Positions 10,371 through 21,700 of a stretch of DNA of 64,000 nt are shown here, piece by piece. Numbering within the stretch: position 1 is the stretch's first letter; each line of letters starts with the position of its first letter. This stretch comes from Chlorokybus atmophyticus (taxonomy: Eukaryota > Plantae > Mesostigma and Chlorokybus algae), in the NCBI GenBank assembly GCA_009103225.1, contig RHPI01002090.1, positions 509,863 through 573,862 on the forward strand, written 5' to 3'. The notes below the pieces were generated by a model, which had not been told where the DNA came from, did no database searches, and saw only the letters and a list, made by a program, of their open reading frames with translations. Position numbers and translations under genes: made by a program.

Positions 10371-13300
10371 CCTTGTTGTCGGCGGAACATGTGGAACTCC
10401 ACAACTCCCGTAGCTATGTGGTACTGCTCCTGCACTGTAGCCTGGTCTTTGTAGACAGGGAAGTGTGCAGTGAGCTGAGGCCTGGTCAGCAACATGTGTG
10501 CTGCTACTTGTGCGCTCCAGCGACGCTCGGATGGCTCCTGAAAGGCCACTTCTTTGGTGACAGCCTCCTGAGACTCATCGTACGGTGTAGGAGAGTCCTC
10601 TTCAGCGTTTGGGCTCGGGCTCGATCTCGTTGCAGTTGTCCTCGGCTGCGTTCGGGCACGAGGCACACGTGAGCTTTTTGTAAGACTGTAGGTGGCTGCT
10701 GCAGCCGATATTCGTTGCAAGCGGTCCTTGGCCACCTGTTCGAGAGGTAGGAATCCCTGCTCCTCTCCATCGTCCTCATCCCAATGCGGTCGAAACCATG
10801 CCTGCTCAGTCCAGCGGTCCATCCCCATGCCGACAGGGAAGTTGCAGTCCTGTCCCAGCAGTAGGTCAAAGGACCCGGCATCGGTGACCACACACCGTTG
10901 TACAATCTCGGTGCTGTGGGAAGGGTTTAGTCCTGTGAGGCGAATGCTCACAGCCTGCTTGGTAAGGCCGAGCACCTTGTCGCGGTTGCCGGTTGCGGTG
11001 TCCAGCTGGTAGGGACAGGGAAGCAGCTCAGCGCTGGTGATGCCGAGATCTCGTGCGAGATAGCGCCCAATGATGACAGGCTGTGCTCCAGTGTCCAGCA
11101 TCACGCGTTTGGGTGCCCGCCCATTGACGGTCACGTGCTTGCCTTGGTTGGCGATCATGGCTGCATTGGCGTTGATGCGCAGCCTCTTGCAGCGATGGAA
11201 CCTCTTGCGTGGAGAGACTGTTGCTTTACTCTCATCTGCGGGGCCTGACCGTAGGGCAGCCAGGGCTCCTCTGCCTGATGGATCTTGTGGGCCTCCTTGT
11301 CCTCGGCTTTGTCCAAACCGTCCTTGTCGCGGTTGCTGGTACACGCGTGGTGGCCTAGGCACAGGAGGTGCTGCTGCAACCTGTCCAAGTGGAGGTGCAG
11401 GAGGGTTGACCCTCTGTGCAGCTGTTGTCATGCCAGGAGGAGTGGCCAGTGGCTGTGGCGGGAACCCTGGAGGACCTGGTGTTTGCGGGACTGCCTCTCG
11501 TGCAGCCTGCTCCTCTGCATAGGTCCATCGCACAGCATGGGCTGCCTCTGTGACTAGTGTACCTTCCCATGTCGCCGTCGCATTGTTGTCCACGTCTATA
11601 TAGCGATGGTTATGAGGCATGGGCTGCAGGTACACTGCGCGTAGGAGCCGCGCCCTCATGTCGTGAGTGACGGTAGGCACCCTGAGGATCCCTGCCATGT
11701 AAGCATCCCATCTGCCGTTGACCACTCCCACTTCCAGCACTGTTATTGCTCGTGTGCGTACAATGAGGCGGGTCTCTGGCTGTTGGACATGCTGCTCGTA
11801 AGCAGCGGCGATGCGCCTGCGCTGACGTCCTGCCTCCACTCCTGGCAAACTCAGTATCGCCTCCAGAGCTCCCTCCAGAGTGTCAGTGGCGGCGGAAGCC
11901 ACTTCATCATAGGCTTGCCGTATGGAGCGAAGGAATGCGTCCACCCACGCTATTCTGGCGCCGAAAGCGAACAACGGGACTGCGGGATGGTTGGTGACCA
12001 GCCACGTCACTAACCGTGCGCGTGCCGCGTTGCCATTGTCTCGCATCCCAAGCATCTGCCGAAGTCCGATGCCTTCTTGCCGATGCAGCATGGTTGCTTG
12101 TCGCACCAGAGCAGTGCGTAGTTGTTGCTCTCCAACCAGTCCTGCTCCATCTCTTTGTGTACACCCTTGTAGTGTAAGGTAGCCCCTCCCTGGCTCCCTT
12201 TGGTCCTCAGGTAGATCCTCCACCAGCGCAGGCAGCAACGGGGCGATCACCCCCCTCGTTTGTTGAGCCAACGCCCTCGCTTGGTCAGAGTTGGTCTCGA
12301 CGAAGAGCGGAGTGGTGCTGGAGGATGGATCAGCAGTTGGTGACTGAGGTATTGGTGCACGTGTAGCTTCAAGAGCTTGTTCACGTGCAGCAATGGCGGC
12401 AGCTTGATCCTGTCGCCAATGATATGCTTGTTCCAGTGCGTGGTAGCGCTGATGAAGACGAGCGGTTGTTGAAGGTCCGAGTGCTTCATCAGTGCCCAAA
12501 GGCAGGTCGGCTGCGTCGGCGATGCGCTGCTGGACGGCGTCTTGGCGGTCCCGATACGTGTCCAACGGGCTGGGTTCAAAAGCGGTGGTTGGCATGCGTG
12601 CAGGCTGGCGCGGGGCGGTCTGCATGTTGTTGTGCAACGCCCAGAACAGCTGCAGAGCCAACTCCAACACTACAGGTGGGCTGTAGCTGATCAAAAACAC
12701 CCTGTCACGCATCGGAGGTGCAGTGCCAGCAAGGATCTCATCTTCTAACTGGTGTTGAGTGAGTGCTGGAAGGGTGTGAACCTCTGGTAGCGGGAAGACG
12801 CGATCATCGCGGGCGACACGCGTGGTGCGCTCCCCCCCCCGACCGAAGGCGATGGTAGTGGGGTCTGCTCCGCGCAGGATGGTTTCCCATGCTCGTTCAG
12901 CTTGCTGACCAGTTGGGACAGCCTGAGTGACGTCGAGAGCGGGCAGAGTGGCTGCGCGCGTCGCTGCAGAGACAGCGGGCTCGACGATGGCCATTGTGGC
13001 AGTTGCGACGGTATCGGTCGGTGGTGCGAGAGTTGTCTTAACGCCTACGGACAGAGGCATTGCTGCAGTGGGAAGTGCACCGCCCACTGGTGCAGATTCG
13101 GTAGTGATGGCGGCTGCTGCCAGTGTGCTCACCAGCGTCGGCGTCACGGTGCCCACCGGTGTACCAGGTTGTGGTGCAACTGGAGTGGGTACCGCTGACG
13201 TTGGTGGAGCCGACGTTGTAGCCGGTGTGGCTGTTGCTACGGAGGCAGCACCACTGGTGGCTTCGGAGGAGGTGCCTGCTGATGTTGTTGCAGCTTCCCC

Positions 13301-15200
13301 TCGTGCTCGTCGTGATGGTTGAACGCGGGACGGAGTGTTCCTGTCTCTCTCGCGTTTTGCAGCCATCAGCGCCCATCGGGCCGTGTAGCAGGCGCGGTAG
13401 TCCTGCTCCTTGTCTTCCTCCAAGCGTGCTATATGTGCCATGAGGGCTGCCATATGGTCATCAGCTGGTGGGTTGGCTGAAGCCTTGGCGGCAACAGCAG
13501 CAGCGCGCGGACGTGTCTCTGGTCCCTTACGCTGAGGAGGTCTGTTCTTCCCCCTGTAGCCTTGCTCTTCCTTGCGAACACTGGCGTTGTTGTTGTTGTT
13601 ACTGCCACCAGCGTTGTTGCTGTTGTGGGCTCCAGTGTTGTTGCTATTGTAGCCACTGAAGTGGTTGCCAGTGTGGCCCCCAGTGTTGTTGCTGTTGTAG
13701 CCACTGAAGTTGTTGCCAGTGTGGCCTCCAGTGTTGTTGCTGTTGTAGCCACTGAAGTTGTTGTGGTTGTAGCTGTTGGCGGGCCTCAACTCTGGGAACT
13801 TGAGCCAGCAAACTGACTCCAAATGACCAGTCTTGTGACAGTGGTCGCAAACCAAAGTTGAGTATTCTTCGGTGCACTCCTTTTGGTAGTGCCCATGCCG
13901 TCCACAGCGATGACACAGCACAGGGGCAGCAAGTGCAGCATGAGCTGACCGTTTCCCTTTGTCGCGTGCTGGTGGAGCGTCCCGGCCACGGTCGCGGCGA
14001 GGAGGCTCAGTTGTCGTGCTGACTACAGGCCGTGCGGCGCTGCGGTTGGTGTCCAGCACTGCCTTCTCATACACCAAGCGCTTGTGGATGGCTTGTGCAG
14101 TCTCGAAGGCTTCTTTGAGGGTGTAGCCAAGGGGCCTGCTGTAGTTCAGAGTCAGGCGTGTGGACTCGCTCAGAGCAGCATCCAACTCATTGACGTATAT
14201 CACTGCAGCAGCCTCCTCACTAACAATCTTGTAGTCAGTGTCCTTCAGCAGACCTTCCAGTCTGGAGTACAAGCGGAGGGGATCCTCATTGGGCTTGCGT
14301 CGGAAGCGTCTCAGCTCCTCAACCTTGCTGGTGGTCTGAGGAGGGAAGGTACGGCGCAGGGCAGCGTACAGGTCCTTGAGTGGAGAATCAGAGATGGCAG
14401 CACCTATGGTGATGGCTGGTGCGCGCAGTGCTACTGACCCGAGGGTGAAAGCGCTGCCTCCTGCTCGAGAGCCAGGTGTTACTGGAGGTAGAGGAGTACC
14501 CCACTCTGCGGCTGCCGCTTGCTGCACAGCTCTTTATTCCTCAATTATAATGGCAAAACGGTCAAGGATGCGGACTCGACGTGTGGCCTCCTTGGACTCA
14601 ACTTCTGCAGGGGTCAAGTTGACAAGTACCAACTCTGGTTCCTCCTCCTCTGCCTGCTTGAGAGCTGCAGCTATGGTCAAGCCTGTTACTGCAATTGAAG
14701 TGGCAGGTGGAACGACACCTGCTGGACGGTGCAGGGATGCAGATGCTATGGTGCTAGCAAGCTCGCCATAGCCGTCTACTCGATGCAGTTCAGCAACGGA
14801 CTTCCAGACATCGTGTGCTTCATGATCAAGATACTGAGCAGCAATGTGGAAAGAGATCTCATCTGACTGATCCGTTGTTCTTCAGTGCTTGCTGCCGCAT
14901 CTTGGAGTGGAACTTGATGATGAACTCATCCAGCGAGGTGGTGCCGGCACGTCCGGAGAAGCGCAGGGATGTGGTTGAACTGGAAGATTCCATCTCGTCG
15001 TCGTCGCTGTCCGATGATAGTGGAGAAGTTGGATGACGAGGAGTAGAGTGGAGCGGGGTGAAGCTGGAGATGGAGCGCGAGCCTCTGCTGCTGCGGTCGA
15101 TGCTTCCGTCACTGGTCCGCTCGTAGGTGAGGTTGGTGGTTGGGCTCCAACTGCCGAGGTCACCCTCGTCTATTGGGGAGAACGGGGTGGGCCTGCTCAT
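10013..15200 (-). CDS. gag: Gag (two CCHC zinc knuckles), long accessory region, aspartic protease and N-terminal half of the DNMT; disrupted near the N-terminus
   Basis: CHRCGRHGHYQKEC and CDHCHKTGHLESVC; MLDTGAQPVIIG protease (about 11087-11095). Upstream ATG at 15200 is joined via a frameshift at about 14862 (…NGSV/DEISFHIAAQYL) and a TAA at 14534-14536. Confidence 0.85.
13600..13775 (-). repeat. 48-bp tandem repeat (about 3 copies) encoding NNFSGYNSNNTGGHTG in gag
   Basis: Direct repeats visible in both DNA and translation. Confidence 0.9.
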
Positions 15201-15389
15201 ACAGCTGGTCCAGAGGTGAAAGGGTAGAGTGCTTGTGCTCGACCGTCTATCCTGATGCTGTTACCACCCAACACACTAGTGCTTGTGCGCACTATGTGAT
15301 GACAATGATAACGAATGCCCAGCGATGTATCCCTGGGTGCAGACTGCACTATCTGATGCAGATTGCAACACACTCACTTGTGCAAAGAG

Positions 15390-15404
15390 GGTGACACTGT
15401 AAGT
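15390..15404 (-). promoter_or_regulatory. Candidate self-priming primer-binding site (ACTTACAGTGTCACC in element sense)
   Basis: Lies just inside repeat B1 and is the perfect 15-nt reverse complement of 15695-15709. Confidence 0.75.
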
Positions 15405-15414
15405 CAACAAGCCA

Positions 15415-16050
15415 CTACGATAGGTAGTGCTGTGGACACAGTTCTTTGCATGAGTGGATAGAATGATACACTGTTAAGTGAGGTGAATGAGTGTGCAACA
15501 CGTGGATACAACACCCTGACTACTGAAACAACACACCACCGTCAAGCTCACAGCAATGGCAGGCACAGCGCACAAGAGCATGCNATAAGGGAATTCTTGG
15601 CAACTGGGGCAGCGTGCTTCCAGTTCAAGTCGCTTCACAAGCTCTTTAGAAACAGAGTCTTTACTTCTTAGTACTCCTAGTACTCACAGTACTCACTTAC
15701 AGTGTCACCAGCCAGTCTGGTGACGTGACTTCCTACTTATACATGTCAAATCATGACTGTGCAGTGCCACGCGGGCACTAGGCCAACGGTCACATCGAGG
15801 CCTCATGCTATTTCGGAAATCTCCTAAGACTCGATATAGCACATGTGTTCTTAACAGACTTACAACTGATCAGCTACGCGCGGTCCCTACAGACAGGTCT
15901 ATAAAGTAGCCCTAGCTACATGCTACATGAGTGATACAGTAGCTAGCAGTAGGCTGGGGCTCGCGCGGTCTTCATGCCGGTAGCCCGGGCATGGGGCTGG
16001 GTGTAGGCCTGCTCGAGAAGGACTGGCATGCGAGGGTAGATGGCATGACA
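15415..16050 (-). repeat. Split direct repeat B1 (5' terminal repeat of copy 1, contains promoter)
   Basis: Matches 5170-5819. Homology extends 12 nt (15403-15414) into the start of repeat A. Confidence 0.95.
15709..15741 (-). promoter_or_regulatory. TATA-like box (TATAAGTA, 15741-15734) and predicted transcription start near 15709
   Basis: TGTATAAGTA is conserved in both families. The GGTGACACTG block lies 32 nt downstream in both (copy 2: 23106 to 23138). Confidence 0.6.
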
Positions 16051-16590
16051 GTGCTGCGCCAACGCCTCAGGCCTTCGTGTGCTAGGCAAGAAGTAGCCGA
16101 CTGTTTTGCACCTCCTGCCTCCCCTCAACCACAGCCACATGCTCGCAATAACAATCCTGCACCCTCCCTTTATGCTGCGGAGACTCACTTGCCACCGAAC
16201 TCTAACCATCCGGAGGCATCTCCATCAAGAAACAGCGGTAGCTCGCCCTCTCCCTCTAAGCTTGCCACATTGATCCCAGCCTGTCTTGTTGGTAAGATTG
16301 ATCGAGGTGTCCTGAAAGCTGCGCTGAAAGACAAAGGCTTCATGCTCGACCTCATGAAGCAACATGAGGTTGTTGAGGAACGGGAGGCAACCAACAAGCG
16401 CAAGGCTGTGGAGCAAAAAGATAACGCGTTACCTCTTCTGAGTGACAATGCCACGGACAGCGCCTGCCAGGTTGTGCAGGTTGACAAAAAAAAAAGGAAG
16501 AAGGTTGTTGGAACAAGGGACGCTGACATGAACAAAAAAGCAAAGGTGAGGCATCATTACAATGTAGTTACAATAAGCACAGCGCCTTGA
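16051..16590 (+). pseudogene. Probable continuation of the sequence interrupted by copy 1 (Pro/Ser-rich, then Lys-rich exon-like segment)
   Basis: An open frame runs across the reconstructed empty site (…YYRMRSRVLRQRLRPS…) and ends at a GTGAG donor-like site. No domain recognised. Confidence 0.3.
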
Positions 16591-18264
16591 AGCCTCACAA
16601 GGGCTGACTGTGTATGCGGAGTAGGCACAAGCGGGTTTACAGCGTCATGTGGCTGCTCGGCATCGTCCAGAAAAACAGCCGATGCGGCACGAGCTGCCTC
16701 AGCTGAAAACACCGACGCGCAGACGCTTTGAGGGGCTGACTCGTAGTGCAAAGGAGTTGATCGCCCTACAATACGACCAAGACGCGCTGCATCACCGCAT
16801 GCGGCATGCCTCGAGGTGGGTGGCGAAAGTATGCAATAAGTAGGAGCAAACGCGGAGAGTGCGGTCTACACAGACCTCTAGGAATTGGCCATAATTGGAA
16901 CCCAAACACAACATGGCCATGCGTAGTACGTTCAACGTTGTTGCCCCTCGTTGTCCTCGATATGGTGGTGGTGTTGCTGCCGCAGCAACCCGGCAATGTG
17001 CAAGAGCTATCCGCGGAGTAGAACTTCGACCTGCTGCAACAGCTGTACTTGTTGATGTCGACTGATGCGGGTCGAGATGTGTGCCACCACTGAATAAACA
17101 TACTGGGTGGCAAGTAAGACCATTTGAGCTATACTTGGCATGCTTTGGCTGGCAGTGGCTGTATGTCATACGGCACGTCGAGCTAATTGTGTGAAAGCTT
17201 GAAGAAGATGGTGATGCGGGCGATTACACGAGTGACGACAGCCATGTCGAGGGCCTGTATGAACGCATGCTGGACGAGACCACCAAGATCAATAGGTGGT
17301 GTATAGCGGCAGATGGGCGTTAGGTGGTTGAGCAGGCAGTGGAGCGTTATGCTGCGCTATTCAAATGGGAGTCGCTGCCTGGTTTCGTCCTCATTGGGAT
17401 GAGGAGGACGGAGAGGTTCAAGGATATCTGCCTCTCGAGTTGGTAGCTCGCACTCGCTCCCAACAAAGGTTAGCTGCAACAACCACCTACAGGTCGTTGT
17501 CGGCAACCACTGACAGGTCAGCTGCGACAGCAACCCACAGGTCGGGCTCGACAACCACTGGCAGGTCATCTGCGGTGGTCACCCACAACGCGGACCAAGA
17601 CTCTCCTATCCCATACGACGAGTCTCAGGAAGATGCCAATGAGGAAGTGGCCCACTAGCAACTAGCGGAACGCCGCTGGCGCGCACAGGTGGTCGCCCAT
17701 CTGCTACTGACCAGACCGCGGCTCACTTCACGGTTCCCTCGCTACAAGGACCAAGCTGCTGTCAAGGAACAACACCAGGCGGCCACTGGAGTAGTGGAGT
17801 TTCACGTATTCCGGCAACAACAAGGCATCACCGTGTTGGAATTATTCGGAGGAATAGGTAGTGGCCTCGCTGCTGTTCTCAACACCGTGTTGACTGTCGC
17901 GCCGGTGACCGGCGCGACAGTCACCAAGTACTTCTACTGTGACCTTGATTCACACGCACAAATTGCCCTGGGCCACCACCTGCGCCACCTACACAAATGC
18001 TACCCGCAGCGACTGCCGCTATCGGCACTGCAAGGCAGTCTAAAGGCACTGCCACATGACATCCGTTCAATCACTGCGGATCACCTCCTAGCGGTGGGCA
18101 ACATCAACCTGCTGATAAGGATGGAAAGGACACTCCAGAGTAGGCGGCCAAGGACTCGCTGATCCTCGCTCACAACTGTTTTGGGAACTGATGCGTGTCA
18201 TCAAAATTTTGCAGAGCAACCAGCTGTCCAGGCCTCCAGGATACATCATTGAGGATGTGCACTC

Positions 18265-18721
18265 TGTTGAAGGTATTACATGGGTGATGCTTGTATCCGG
18301 TCAGCTTGCCCTTCATACAGGAGTCGAGGGTCGAAGGTACTAGCAAGAAGCGCGTGGGCTCCAGACTTAGCAAGACGGTCGAGTCATGACGGACTCCGGA
18401 CCAGGCTGCTTGGTAGAGCCTGGGGAGAAATCGCGTAGCTTTGTGGATACGTAAGCTTAGCAGGCGTGGCTTAGCTTGTTGGAAAGCTCTGGTTGTAAGC
18501 TAGATAGAGTAGCTTACAAAACAGCAATCGGCTGAGTATAGCGCACGCGGTGCTTGCCAATGTAGACGTGTGTAGAGACTGGCGGGGTATAAAGCCCAGA
18601 CTTGTTGCAATGAAGATAAGAGGTCACGATGTAGCATATGTGCGGATGCTATGGCGGCAGTAGCAGTCATGCTCTTGTGTTGATGTTGTTGGCGTGTCAC
18701 TTGCACGTGTGTATGTCAACA
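18265..18721. mobile_element. Solo LTR (TGTTGA...TCAACA, Copia-like termini) inserted in the copy 2 DNMT domain
   Basis: Terminal inverted TGTTGA/TCAACA. Flanked by duplicated (CA)CTC; exact TSD length is ambiguous (3-5 bp). Removing it restores EDVHSEDDK. Confidence 0.8.
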
Positions 18722-21700
18722 CTCCGAGGACGATAAGCGCCATCACGTGGCCAACAGCTTCCAACAGGTGTGTTCCTTACTGGGGCATCCTCTCAATATC
18801 AACGCAGCGCGGCATGGCTCCCGTGCTCATCGTGTCCGCGCCAAGTGGACCAACCTGGCAACAGTCAAAGATCTCTTTGCTGCTGAATATCTGCACATCA
18901 GTCGTCCACGCAATCTGACAGTCGATGCTATCCTGAACCCTGGTGGAACAGCACAACCAGTCACCCGACGCGATCACCACCACTTCTACCAGTGCAACCA
19001 GCCCGGGCAACCACGTCGTGCGCTCCCCACGCTGGTGTCCCACTCAAAATCGTACGCCTTCTGCAACCACGGCGCAGGCATGGTGTTGGATCCCAGCACA
19101 GGCCAGCTGGAGGAACCCAATGCACGTGAGCACGAATGCGCAATGGGATTGACTTCAGGCAGTATGACAGGTTCCACGCTGACCGACAGTCAGCAATGGA
19201 ATGCCAACTGTTGGGACGCGCCATGGATCAGAATAGCATGGTATGGTTATTGAAAACGTGGTTTGCTCTTCAAGACCGCCATGTGTCCTTCCAGGAGCTC
19301 GAACACCTGGCAGGGGGGTGGGCCGATCGCGTGCAAGAGACCAAAACGGCACATACCGCCCTCGAAATCGCCCATATGAAGGAACAGGCAGCAGTCACTG
19401 TGGAGGACATCTCAGTGGTCGCCAATGCCACCTCTTGATCCCATGCCATTGAACCAATGGCTACAGGTCAGATGCGAGAACAACTGGAGGCTCTCCTCAA
19501 CAAGAGGAGAAGTCAGTTCAGTTTCAACGTAAGGGAACTGGGTGTTTGCTCAGTTTACCAGATGGACATCGAGTTGGTGGACACCGAACCGGTGTTTCGA
19601 CGACAATACCGACTCTCCAAATTGGAAGAAGTCTTGGTGGAGCAGAGGTGCAAGGCTCTGCTAGATGCAGGCCTGATTGAGGAGTCCACATCGGACTTTG
19701 CGGCCGCAACCGTCATGCCCCTGAAGAAGGATTCAGCAGGCAACTGGACAGACCGGCGCATGTGCGGCGACTATCGCCCCCTCAACAACAAGACCAAACA
19801 AGACAGGTATCCAATGCCTACCGCAGAGGGTATTGATGATGTAGGAGACTGCACCGTCTTCAGCATCCTGGATATGCGATAAGGGTACAACTAGATCGCC
19901 ATCAAGGAGGAGGACAAGCACAAGACCTCTTTCTGGGGCAACCGGCAGCTGTACGAGTGGAAGGTCATGCCCTTCGGACTGAAGAACGCTCTTGCCAAGT
20001 TTCAGCGCGTCATGGACAAAGCCTTGAAGGGGCTGGACTTCGCGCGATGCTCCATCGACGACATTCTCATCTTCAGTCGCAGTAACGACGAGCACCTGCA
20101 GCACATCGAGGCAGTGCTGGAGAGACTTAAGGGGGTGGGAATGACAGTGCACCCCGACAAGTGCACCTTCTTTACTCGCAAGGTACCCTACCTAGGGCAC
20201 ATGATTGTGCCTTACGGTGTGCACGAACTGCAGGCAAAGGTGGAGGCTTTATCGGCTATCCCTGCTCCCACAGACCTTACGCGTCTGCGTGCCTTTCTGG
20301 GCCTTGCCAATTACTATCGTCGGTTCGTGAAGGACTTCGCAAGGATCGCGCGAATTCTCGACGAACTCCTAAAGAAGGAGGTGGAGTTTGCGTGGAAGGG
20401 GCCACAACAGCAGGCGTTTGAGGAGCTAAAGGGCAGGCTCACCACCGCTCCCATCCTGCAACGGCCTGATTACAACAAGCCCTTCATCCTCCACACCGAC
20501 TGGAGCAAACTTGGGATGGGGGCTGTGCTGGTACAGCACGATGAGAACAAGAAGGAGCGGGTGGTGTCATACGCCAGCCAGAGCAACAACATCGCTGAGG
20601 CCAACTACAGCAGCTACGAGGGGGAGTGCCGACTGCAGTATGGGCTATCTCCTTCTTCAGACCTTTCCTTTTTGGTCGACAATTCCAGCTGATCACGGAT
20701 CATCAGCCACTCAAGTGGTTAATGACCAACAAACATCTGATATGGAGACTTGCTCGCTGGGCCCTATTGCTGCAGGAGTATGACTTCAAGATCAACCACC
20801 GCGCCGGCTTCACCAACCAGGACGCTGATGGCCTCAGTCGCAACCTCACCGCAGTACCAACGATGCAACCGGAGCTCGGCCCCGCAGCAGTAGCTCCCAT
20901 TATGGCGGCCATGTTTGCTGTTGCCGCGTTACGGTCAGGGCGTCAGATCAACACCACCTCAACGACAGAGGAGGTTCCTGTCCTTGAGTCTACCGACCCC
21001 ACAGTGACCACACCCCTAGGGGACGTCCACGCGGTCGACATCGAAGTCGATGACACCGAGCTGGCACCCACCAACACCAGGCAGGACATATGGCTGGACA
21101 AGCCATCACTCTCCTTCCTTCAAAGTGGCCAGCCTCCCTCCAATATGAGTGCACGAGAGAAAGATTGTGTCTGTCAGCGCACCCGCCACTATCGGTGGGC
21201 GGATGACAAAGTGTACCGCCGCGTCCAGGACGAGCACAAGGAGGTGCCAACACCAGCTACACGCAAGGGCATCATCGCTGCCCTCCACACGGAGCTTGGA
21301 CACTTCAGTGTCAAGCGTACCGTCAGCCTGGTAAGGGCGCAATATTGGTGGTATGGGCTGTCCAAACAGGTGCAGGGTTCATTTGTCGATGCCAGCAGTG
21401 TGACATGGTACGCGCCAGCCTCAACACATGCAGCGCCACCTTGCACCCTCTCCCCATCTCTGGGCTGTTCTATTGCTTGGGACTCGACAGTTTGGAAGAC
21501 TTGGCACCCTCGGCGCGGGGCAACCGCTACATCCTGGTCATGATTGAGCACTTCTCCAAATGGGTGGAGCTGGTGCCATTACCCGACAAGAGCAGCAGGG
21601 GGGTGTTTCAAGCTTTCCTCTCCCATGTCCTCAGCCGGTTCGGCAGCTGCACTGAGGTCATCACCAACCAGGGCACTGAGTTCAGAGGGGAGTTCGGAAC

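Larger units (their letters stand above)
4931..16050 (-). mobile_element. Full-length Ty3/Gypsy-type retrotransposon with DNMT3-like and PHD domains and split direct repeats (copy 1, defective)
   Basis: Element-sense ends TGTCATGCC...GGCACGACA. 4-bp TSD GTGC at 4927-4930 and 16051-16054. Contains gag zinc knuckles, DTG protease, C5-MTase motifs, YIDD RT, RNase H, DDE integrase and PHD. Repeats are arranged B1-internal-A1-GC-B2-A2. Confidence 0.95.

Noticed and set aside
13600-13775. CRISPR-like array (also considered for 25340-25680 and 54665-54970)
   Set aside because: No unique spacers, a eukaryotic context, and no cas genes.
15403-15414. TGGCTTGTTGAC as a tRNA primer-binding site
   Set aside because: It begins with TGG, but the same 12-mer follows the PPT and starts every A repeat. 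The adjacent 15-mer has a perfect internal complement that better explains priming. A tRNA search was not run.
4931-16050. Classification as a DIRS/PAT/Ngaro tyrosine-recombinase element because of the split repeats
   Set aside because: No recombinase-like ORF is visible. The RT, RNase H and DDE integrase are Gypsy-type and a 4-bp TSD is present.
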